This document shows positions 56,806 to 64,000 of a stretch of DNA of 64,000 nt, piece by piece. The stretch is from an uncultured Clostridia bacterium (lineage in GTDB: Bacteria; Bacillota; Clostridia; Christensenellales; UBA1242), in the NCBI GenBank assembly GCA_944332185.1, contig CALVJJ010000003.1:18905-82904 (forward strand). The letters are read 5' to 3'. A program made the translations under genes and the position numbers. The first letter of the stretch is position 1. The number at the start of each line of letters is the position of its first letter. The notes under the pieces were generated by a model, which saw only the letters and a program-made list of their open reading frames with translations, was not told the origin of the DNA and ran no database searches.

Positions 56806-56834
56806 TTGACGACAATTATAAAATAGTATATAAT
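56806..56834 (+). promoter_or_regulatory. Sigma-A promoter of tRNA-Trp
   Basis: TTGACG at 56806-56811, a 17-bp spacer, TATAAT at 56829-56834, 13 nt upstream of the tRNA. Confidence 0.6.
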
Positions 56835-56847
56835 AAAACTTGTATAT

Positions 56848-56921
56848 AGGGGCGTAGTTCATCGGTAGAATAAGAGTCTCCAAAACTCCTGAGGTGGGTT
56901 CGATTCCTTCCGCCCCTGCCA
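56848..56921 (+). tRNA. tRNA-Trp (anticodon CCA)
   Basis: 74 nt: AGGGGCGTAGTTCATCGGTAGAA...GTCTCCAAAAC...GGGTTCGATTCC...CGCCCCTGCCA. It is close to the Bacillus tRNA-Trp as I recall it. Confidence 0.9.
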
Positions 56922-56926
56922 AGTAT

Positions 56927-56955
56927 AAGAAGTGGTTAGCACACTTCTTTTTTTG
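56927..56955 (+). terminator. Intrinsic terminator after tRNA-Trp
   Basis: Stem AAGAAGTG / CACTTCTT with a 7-nt loop, then a T-run. Confidence 0.8.
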
Positions 56956-57089
56956 TGTGATTTATCATTAAAAATTTAACTACCGAATAAGCAATATCTA
57001 TAAGAAATTACTAATCAATGGTTTACATATACAATATGTCATCTAATAGGACGTATGTCAATATATCACTTGAGTGATAAAAGAAAAGC

Positions 57090-57119
57090 AAAAAATAAAA
57101 AGCACGTATGGTGCTTTTT
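57090..57119 (-). terminator. Intrinsic terminator after rny
   Basis: Stem AAAAGCAC / GTGCTTTT with a 5-nt loop, overlapping the rny stop codon. A T-rich run follows on the minus strand. Confidence 0.8.
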
Positions 57120-58707
57120 ATTTTGCGTAATCTACACTTCTTGTTTCTCTAATAACATTGACTTTGATTTGACCTGGGTATTCCATTTCTTTTTCAATCT
57201 TTTGTGCAATATCTTTTGCTAAGAAAACGGCTTGTTCATCACTAATTTGTTCAGGTTTTACGATAATACGTATTTCTCTACCAGCTTGCATTGCAAAAGA
57301 TTTTTCTACACCTTTGAAGTCATTGGCTATTTCTTCTAGTTTTTGCAAACGCTTAATATATGTTTCTAAACTTTCTCTTCTTGCTCCTGGTCTAGAACTA
57401 GAGATTGCATCAGCTGCTTGTACCAAAATAGCTTCTACACTATGATACTCTACCCCACCATGGTGTGCTTCAATACAATGAATTACTTCAGGACTTTCTT
57501 TATATTTCGTAGCAAGTTCGACACCAATGGTGACGTGTGTGCCTTCCACTTCATGATCCAAAGCTTTTCCAATATCGTGTAAGAGCCCACCACGTTTTGC
57601 TACATTGACATTCGCTCCCAATTCACTAGCCATAAGTCCTGCTAAATAAGCTACTTCTAGGCTGTGTTTTAACACGTTTTGTCCATAACTTGTACGATAT
57701 TTTAAACGACCTAGTATTTTCACTAATTCTGGATGCATACCATGAATACCTGCTTCAAAAACGGCCGATTCTCCTGCTTCTTTCATTGTTTGTTCTACAT
57801 CTTTTGTTACTTTTTCCACCATCTCTTCAATTCTAGCAGGATGTATTCTTCCATCTAAAATCAATTTTTCTAGACTGATTCTTGCTATTTCCCTTCTTAC
57901 AGGATCAAAACAAGATAATACTACAGCTTCCGGTGTATCATCAATGATCAAATCTACACCTGTAGCTTGCTCCAAAGCTTTGATATTTCGTCCTTCACGA
58001 CCAATAATTCTACCTTTCATTTCATCACTAGGCAATGTCAAACTAGATACTGTCACTTCACTAGCTTGATCAGTAGCAATTTTTTGAATGGCAAGTGTGA
58101 CAATATTACGGGCTTTCTTTTCTGCTTCTTCTTTTGCTTCTTGTTCTATATTTCTAACTAAGATAGCAGCATCTTTTTTCGCTTCATCTTCATAAAAATG
58201 AATCAATTGTTGTTTTGCTTCATCTTTTGATAATCCGCTTAATTTTTCTAATTTTTCAACCATTTGATCTTTTATCTGGTTTTGTTCTTCAATAGCTTTT
58301 TCAATATCAGCTTCTTTTTGTTTAATTGCTTCCCTTTGTGTTTCTAAATTTTCAATTTTCTTTTCAAGAATTTCCTCTTTTTTGTTAATAAAGTCTTCAC
58401 GTTGAGCAATTCTATTTTCTGTTCGTTGTATTTCGGCACGTCTTTCTTTCAACTCTGCATCACATTCTGATCGCAAACGATGCGTTTCTTCTTTTATTTC
58501 CAAAGCAGCTTCTTTTTTAGCAATTTTTGCTTCATTTAAGGCTTCTTCTAGCATTTTTGCAGCCGTTTTTTTACTGCTTGAAAGTTTATTTTTCAAAACA
58601 ACGTGTTGGATTAGAAAACAAAGTCCTGCTCCAACAATAGCACATATGATTGCAGTAATTGTCGTAACTGTAGCCGAAACTCCCAACATTGTGGTTATTC
58701 CGTTCAT
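57118..58707 (-). CDS. rny: Ribonuclease Y
   Basis: The ATG at 58707 follows AAGGAG. It has an N-terminal TM helix, a coiled coil, a KH domain ([13 protein letters not shown]) and an HD domain (LLHDIGKA). Confidence 0.95.
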   Translation of the reverse strand: MNGITTMLGVSATVTTITAIICAIVGAGLCFLIQHVVLKNKLSSSKKTAAKMLEEALNEAKIAKKEAALEIKEETHRLRSECDAELKERRAEIQRTENRIAQREDFINKKEEILEKKIENLETQREAIKQKEADIEKAIEEQNQIKDQMVEKLEKLSGLSKDEAKQQLIHFYEDEAKKDAAILVRNIEQEAKEEAEKKARNIVTLAIQKIATDQASEVTVSSLTLPSDEMKGRIIGREGRNIKALEQATGVDLIIDDTPEAVVLSCFDPVRREIARISLEKLILDGRIHPARIEEMVEKVTKDVEQTMKEAGESAVFEAGIHGMHPELVKILGRLKYRTSYGQNVLKHSLEVAYLAGLMASELGANVNVAKRGGLLHDIGKALDHEVEGTHVTIGVELATKYKESPEVIHCIEAHHGGVEYHSVEAILVQAADAISSSRPGARRESLETYIKRLQKLEEIANDFKGVEKSFAMQAGREIRIIVKPEQISDEQAVFLAKDIAQKIEKEMEYPGQIKVNVIRETRSVDYAK

Positions 58708-58809
58708 AATTACTCCTTTTGTATAAACTATACACAAATATTGTAAAGCAAATAATTTTTAATGTCAATGATATAGATAAAATTACAAAAAAAGATGTGC
58801 TGGACACAT

Positions 58810-59991
58810 CTAAATCATTTCGACAAAATTTTTGGTTTCTAAAATTTCTTCGCTATCTAATGCTTCTTGTAGTAAAGATGCTATATCCAATTTCTTTTCT
58901 TCCATCTCAACTTGTTCTAGTTTTGGTTTGATAACTGGGTGTTTTGGTAAAAACACGGTGCAACAATCTTCATAAGGTAAAATACTTGTTTCAAAAGTTC
59001 CAATTTTTGTAGCAATGACCGTAATATCATCTTTATCTAATCCAATCAGTGGTCTAAATATTGGCAAATCTTGTACGACATGATTGGTTACAGTAATACT
59101 TTCTACTGTTTGAGAAGCTACTTGTGCAAGACTTTCTCCTGTAATAATAGCCTTTAAATGATTCTTTTTTGCTATGATTTCAGCGATACGCATCATGATA
59201 CGTCTCATAATGGTAATCATGTATTCATCTTTACAGTATTTGTGGATAGCTTCTTGTACTTTTGTAAAGCTTATCATATGTAAAGTAATATTTCCTGTAT
59301 ATTCACTAAGAATGGTTGCAAGTTTTATGACCTTTTGTTTTGCCAAATCACTTGTATAAGGAAAACTATGAAAGTGTATAGCATGTAAAGGCATTCCTCG
59401 TCTAGCTAATTGATATCCTGCTACTGGACTATCAATCCCCCCGCTTAATAAAAGAAGACCACTGCCACTTGTTCCAATAGGCATACCATTAGCACATCGA
59501 ATAACTTCATGATAAATATACGATTTTTTATTTTCTCTAATATCTACATAGATAATGGTTTCTGGTTTGTGAAGATCTACATGTACATGAGAATTGTTGT
59601 CAAGGATAATACCCCCTAAGAAAGCAGCGAATTCTGTAGAGTGAATGGGAAAACTTTTGTCTGCTCTCGTAACTGCCACCTTAAAAGAAGAAACAGAAAG
59701 AGGTAAATGTATTTGGGTTACTACATCTTGAATAGATTGTGAATTCGTATCTATTTCCAAAGCTGGACTAATGGAATAGATACCAAAAACTTTTTTAAGA
59801 GATTCTATCACGAAAGATTCTTCATCATCTTGATAACCTTCTACGACATATCTTCCACTAATTTTACTTACTTTTGCTCCGAATTTTGTAATTGCTTCTT
59901 GAATATTATGAGCAAGTATTTTTTCAAAGAATCCTCTATTTTTTCCTTTTAAATGAATTTCGCTATAACGAACTAATATCATTTTATTCAT
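58810..59991 (-). CDS. thiI: tRNA 4-thiouridine(8) synthase ThiI
   Basis: 393 aa with a THUMP-type N-terminus and the PP-loop LLLSGGIDSPVA. Confidence 0.9.
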   Translation of the reverse strand: MNKMILVRYSEIHLKGKNRGFFEKILAHNIQEAITKFGAKVSKISGRYVVEGYQDDEESFVIESLKKVFGIYSISPALEIDTNSQSIQDVVTQIHLPLSVSSFKVAVTRADKSFPIHSTEFAAFLGGIILDNNSHVHVDLHKPETIIYVDIRENKKSYIYHEVIRCANGMPIGTSGSGLLLLSGGIDSPVAGYQLARRGMPLHAIHFHSFPYTSDLAKQKVIKLATILSEYTGNITLHMISFTKVQEAIHKYCKDEYMITIMRRIMMRIAEIIAKKNHLKAIITGESLAQVASQTVESITVTNHVVQDLPIFRPLIGLDKDDITVIATKIGTFETSILPYEDCCTVFLPKHPVIKPKLEQVEMEEKKLDIASLLQEALDSEEILETKNFVEMI

Positions 59992-59999
59992 AAGTGCTC

Positions 60000-61130
60000 C
60001 TATTTTTTATAAAGAATAGACAAATATCTATCTACTTCATATTTTATTTTTTCCACTAAATATTGTACTTCTTCTATAGTTTGTTCAAAAGAAAAACTAA
60101 TACGTATAGAACTTATCATTTCCTCTTGAGATAGTCCCATAGCTTGTAACGTTCTATTGTTTGTTTTCTTACTGCTACAAGCTGATCCTGTGCCAATATA
60201 AATATCATATTGTTCTAAACTATGAAGCAAGGTCTCTGCTTTCATACCAATAAAAGAACAAGAGATAATGTAAGGACTACCAAAACTGTGATTTCTAAAT
60301 GGCGCATATCCTTTCATACTATCTAAAAAATATTGTTTTAAAGATAGTACGTGTTGATAATGTTGTTCAATATCTTTTGTAATATTGGTTGCTGCATCTG
60401 CAAAGGCTACAATAGCTGGTACATTTTCTGTTCCACTACGTTTTCCGTTTTCTTGACCACCACCAAGCAATACAGGTTTTATAGTAATGCCTTGTTTGAC
60501 ATATAATGCGCCGATTCCTTTAGGTCCATGAATTTTGTGCCCACTAATGGTGTATAGATCTACTCCTAGTTGCTGTACATTCACTTTAATTTTCCCAAAA
60601 GCTTGGACTCCATCACTATGAAAAATAATGGAAGGATTGACTTGTTTTGCAATTTGTACTAATGAAGCAATGGGATTGATGGCTCCTGTTTCATTACTAA
60701 TATGCATGATCGATATAAATACAACGTCAGGTGTACATTTCTTTTTAAAGTCTACAATATCGACTACCCCTTCCTTTGTTAATTTTATAAATTCTATTCT
60801 ATATCCTTTTTGTCCCAAATCTTTTGCTTCTTGATCAATCGCAGGGTGTTCCCCTTCTGCAAATAGCAGTTTGCCTCCATTCTTTCTAATACTACCGAGT
60901 ATGGCTAATTGATCGGCTTCTGTTGCTCCAGAAGTAAAGATCAGTTGATCAAGCATAGATGCATTCAAGCATCTTTTTATGATAGATCGAGATTTTTCTA
61001 CATAATTTTTAGCTTCCAATCCTTTTTTATACAAAGCAGAAGGATTGTAATAACAATTTTCACTTACTTCTACATATTGCTGTAAAGAAGATGGAAAAAT
61101 TTTTGTTGTACTTGCATGATCAAAAAACAT
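60000..61130 (-). CDS. Cysteine desulfurase (NifS/IscS class, ThiI partner)
   Basis: The ATG at 61130 follows GGAGATG. The PLP lysine lies in ISGHKIHGPKG and the catalytic Cys in GTGSACSS. Confidence 0.9.
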   Translation of the reverse strand: MFFDHASTTKIFPSSLQQYVEVSENCYYNPSALYKKGLEAKNYVEKSRSIIKRCLNASMLDQLIFTSGATEADQLAILGSIRKNGGKLLFAEGEHPAIDQEAKDLGQKGYRIEFIKLTKEGVVDIVDFKKKCTPDVVFISIMHISNETGAINPIASLVQIAKQVNPSIIFHSDGVQAFGKIKVNVQQLGVDLYTISGHKIHGPKGIGALYVKQGITIKPVLLGGGQENGKRSGTENVPAIVAFADAATNITKDIEQHYQHVLSLKQYFLDSMKGYAPFRNHSFGSPYIISCSFIGMKAETLLHSLEQYDIYIGTGSACSSKKTNNRTLQAMGLSQEEMISSIRISFSFEQTIEEVQYLVEKIKYEVDRYLSILYKK

Positions 61131-61195
61131 GGTACATCTCCTTTTTATTAACAAGATATTGTACCATGTTTTGTTTTGATTGACAAGTGCTTTTA

Positions 61196-61882
61196 TCAAT
61201 ATGGAACAAAGTTCAACAATGTGTCCAAACTATCGCTATAGAGATATACTTCTGGTACTTGTCCTACAATAATACTTTCACTGATCAAGATTTGATGTTC
61301 TATATCGATTTTTTTATTTGACATAGGCATGACTATTCCAACGCTTGCATTTACTTTTAAATATATTTTATGATTTGTTTGATTGATTCCTGCAGATACA
61401 AACTGAGAGATAAAACTACAATTTACAGATCCTACAGGATTGACTTTAATTCTTACATCTGGGCCTGTCCCCACAAAAATAGGGATACCACTAAATGTGC
61501 CTAAAGGAATTGTGATTCCATCTTGTCCATATTCTTCAATTCTATGTTCTGTGACTTGAGCTAAGTCTTTTGACAGATTGTTGATTTCTAAAGAATTGGC
61601 TTGAATCATGCTGATATTCCCTAATTCATCGGTAATGATATTGATGAGATCATCATATACCACGGAATTCATTACAACATCAGCAACAGCGCTATTGATT
61701 GCTTTTGTGGTTAAAGATTTTCCTTTGACTTCTACCATGTTATGAATGACAGGATTGATACTAACTGCAAAATAATACCATGCAAGCAGACCAATAAAAA
61801 GGAAAATACTGACAACAATAATTTTCCTTTTTTTTAAAGAATAATAATCTTGCAAATAGTGAAATATTTTTATTTTTTTCAT
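61196..61882 (-). CDS. yunB: Sporulation protein YunB
   Basis: N-terminal TM helix and then a Spore_YunB-like domain (ITIPLGTFSGIPIFVGTGPDVRIKVNPVGSV). The start is uncertain (61882 or 61909). Confidence 0.75.
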   Translation of the reverse strand: MKKIKIFHYLQDYYSLKKRKIIVVSIFLFIGLLAWYYFAVSINPVIHNMVEVKGKSLTTKAINSAVADVVMNSVVYDDLINIITDELGNISMIQANSLEINNLSKDLAQVTEHRIEEYGQDGITIPLGTFSGIPIFVGTGPDVRIKVNPVGSVNCSFISQFVSAGINQTNHKIYLKVNASVGIVMPMSNKKIDIEHQILISESIIVGQVPEVYLYSDSLDTLLNFVPY

Positions 61883-61925
61883 CTTATCATAAGATATGAT
61901 AAAGATCATCTTTTTAGCACAAGAA

Positions 61926-62291
61926 TTAGTATTTTTTTGTTTTGCTACTAAATAATAAAGAGAAAATATAAGCAAAAATAACAGCTGCAGCTATACCGCC
62001 TGCTGTGGCAGTAAGTCCACCTGTAAATACACCAAGCAAACCTTGTTGTTTTACAGCATCAATAGCACCTTTTGCTAAACTTCGACCAAAGCCGGTAATA
62101 GGCACAGTAGCTCCAGCACCTGCAAATTCTACAATAGGATCATATAAGCCCAGCGCTTCTAAAATAGCACCGATTGTGACGAATAAAACAAGAATTCTGG
62201 CACTAGTAATATTGGTCTTAATGATTAAAATTTGACCTAACATACAGATCAATCCGCCAACCAAAAAAACTTTTAAATATAATAACCACAT
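61926..62291 (-). CDS. spoVAE: Stage V sporulation protein AE (SpoVAEB type)
   Basis: 121-aa membrane protein with FAGAGATVPITGFG. It follows spoVAD. Confidence 0.85.
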   Translation of the reverse strand: MWLLYLKVFLVGGLICMLGQILIIKTNITSARILVLFVTIGAILEALGLYDPIVEFAGAGATVPITGFGRSLAKGAIDAVKQQGLLGVFTGGLTATAGGIAAAVIFAYIFSLLFSSKTKKY

Positions 62292-62292
62292 A

Positions 62293-63300
62293 TTATGCTC
62301 CTTCTACAATGATTGCATGACAGATCCCTGGAATACTTTCCCCTTGTTGCGAACTAGTGGTACTAAGCAAAGCCCCTGTTGCTGCAAAAATGATTTTTTT
62401 GTATTCTTTCTTCTTTAATTTGTCTACTAGATAAGAATTAAAAACAACAGCACTACAACCTGCTCCGCTGCCACCTTGATATGTTTTTTGATTGTTGGTA
62501 TACATCATTTGCCCACAATCAGCATAATTTTTACCCAAGGTATATCCTTTATTTTCCATTAGATCCATCAAAATTTCTGATCCTAATTTTCCCAAATCTC
62601 CAGTAACAATCAAATCATAATCTTTTGGTTGTGTATGAGTATCTTGAAAAAGAGTAATAAGTGTATCCATTGCAGCAGGCGCCATGGCAGCTCCCATATT
62701 ATTCACATCTTTTATGTTGTAATCCATGACTTTGCCAAAGGTGACATGTGTAATTTTTGGTGCATTACCTTCTTTAGACAACATGCTAGCTCCTGCGCCC
62801 GTAATGGTCCATTGTGAAGTTGGTGGTCTTTGATTGCCTAACTCTAGTGGATAACGGTATTGACGTTCTGCTGTTGTAAAATGACTGCCTGTAGCACATA
62901 AAATATGGTCATAAGCGCCGGTATCCATCAATAAAGCTCCAATACCTAATATTTCAGACATGGTACTGCAAGCTCCATAAATCCCTAAATAAGAACAATC
63001 CAATTCTCTTGCTGAAAAGCTAGCCGAAATAATTTGATTTAATAGATCTCCTGCCAAATACAGTTCAACTTGGGAAGTTGTAAGATGTGCTTTGTGTAAA
63101 CAACCTTTAATGGCTTCTAACATCATCTTTTTTTCTGCTTTTTCGTATGTTTTTTGCCCATATTTGTCATCTTTTAAAATCATATCAAAGTATGATGCAA
63201 AATTACCCTGCCCTTCTTTTTCCCCAACGATACTAAAATTACCTATAATTTTTGCAGGGTGATCTAACATAATAGTTTGTTTCCCTAATTTTTTACCCAT
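62293..63300 (-). CDS. spoVAD: Stage V sporulation protein AD
   Basis: 335 aa, thiolase-like (GIYGACSTMSE...TGALLSTTSSQQGESIPGICHA). Confidence 0.9.
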   Translation of the reverse strand: MGKKLGKQTIMLDHPAKIIGNFSIVGEKEGQGNFASYFDMILKDDKYGQKTYEKAEKKMMLEAIKGCLHKAHLTTSQVELYLAGDLLNQIISASFSARELDCSYLGIYGACSTMSEILGIGALLMDTGAYDHILCATGSHFTTAERQYRYPLELGNQRPPTSQWTITGAGASMLSKEGNAPKITHVTFGKVMDYNIKDVNNMGAAMAPAAMDTLITLFQDTHTQPKDYDLIVTGDLGKLGSEILMDLMENKGYTLGKNYADCGQMMYTNNQKTYQGGSGAGCSAVVFNSYLVDKLKKKEYKKIIFAATGALLSTTSSQQGESIPGICHAIIVEGA

Positions 63301-63309
63301 ATTAGCTCC

Positions 63310-63756
63310 TTAAATAAATAGATAAATTAAACCTATAATAAACGAAATGACAACACCATTGACAATGACTGGTCCTGCGACAGAAAACATCTTGACACAG
63401 ATTCCAAAGATAATTCCTTCTTTTTTATATTCCATTGCCGGACTGGTAATGGAGTTAGAAAATCCAGTAATCGGCACAATAGAACCACCACCTGCAAAAA
63501 TTCCAATTTTATCATATAAGCCAAGCCCTGTTAAAAAACTAGCAATGAATATCAAAACAATCAGCATCCAGACATTAGCTTGTTCTTGGGTTACTTGAGG
63601 CCAAATCGCTAAAATAGCATCATGAATCCCTTGTCCTAACAAACAGATGATTCCACCTACTAGATAAGAATAAATTAAAGTCGGAAAGTTTTTGGTTTTT
63701 GGAATTTTTGCTTGTACATAATCATTATATTTTTTATCTCTTTCAATATCATTCAT
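63310..63756 (-). CDS. spoVAC: Stage V sporulation protein AC
   Basis: 148-aa membrane protein with FAGGGSIVPITGFSN and a GAGGTA SD. Confidence 0.9.
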   Translation of the reverse strand: MNDIERDKKYNDYVQAKIPKTKNFPTLIYSYLVGGIICLLGQGIHDAILAIWPQVTQEQANVWMLIVLIFIASFLTGLGLYDKIGIFAGGGSIVPITGFSNSITSPAMEYKKEGIIFGICVKMFSVAGPVIVNGVVISFIIGLIYLFI

Positions 63757-63863
63757 ATTCTACCTCATCGTGTATAGTAATGCTTGACAAAACAAAAAAA
63801 TTTTATACTGCAATAAATATATTTTGTTTTTTTACGCACAATAGTAAAAAATGGAGGTATATT

Positions 63864-64000
63864 ATGAAAAAATCAATTGTGGTAGCTACATCTTTGTCTA
63901 CAGCAGTTTTAATGCTTGCAGGATGTACACAACCTACTACATCGGCAGAAATTGCAGAAAAATTAAATAAAAATCTAAATGTTTTAGGATCTACCGTAAA
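63864..64000 (+). CDS. Putative lipoprotein, N-terminal fragment (runs off the window)
   Basis: GGAGGT SD. The signal peptide ends in the lipobox LAGC (MKKSIVVATSLSTAVLMLAGCTQ). Confidence 0.6.
   Translation, partial: MKKSIVVATSLSTAVLMLAGCTQPTTSAEIAEKLNKNLNVLGSTV

Overview
A 64-kb chromosomal segment from a low-GC (about 30 percent by eye) endospore-forming Firmicute, densely packed with core genes. Identifications below come from motif reading and synteny only; no alignments were run. Left to right: truB, efp, the full spoIIIAA-AH operon, an Asp23-family gene, nusB, xseA, xseB, proS, argR, recN, spoIVB, a 127-aa ORF, a Spo0A-like gene, two DD-carboxypeptidases flanking ytfI/ytfJ, rluB, cmk, plsC, a six-tRNA operon, spoIIAA-spoIIAB-sigF, an M16 peptidase, ftsK, rimO, pgsA, cinA, recA, a class A PBP, miaB, mutS, mutL, miaA, an M50 protease and scpAB. 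Then comes a mixed-orientation zone at 46-56 kb: lexA, a lone tyrosine recombinase, a hypothetical ORF, a DUF45 metalloprotease, a membrane-anchored PadR, a TVP38 protein and an ABC-2 exporter. The right end is a minus-strand block: rnhA, rny, thiI, a cysteine desulfurase, yunB and spoVAE-AD-AC. No rRNA, CRISPR array, IS element or prophage was seen. Main findings: (1) gene orientation switches from plus to minus inside the window, as expected at a replication terminus, and that zone holds a XerS-sized recombinase with dif-like palindromes bracketing a 1.25-kb single-gene cassette; (2) the Spo0A gene in the conserved spoIVB-spo0A position keeps the Spo0A C-terminal domain but has a degenerate receiver domain, and an extra ORF with tandem 0A-box-like motifs lies upstream; (3) EF-P carries Arg rather than Lys at the loop tip. 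Smaller findings cover a candidate C-rich sRNA, SOS and ArgR operators, and the spoIVB ribosome-binding site buried in the recN terminator hairpin.
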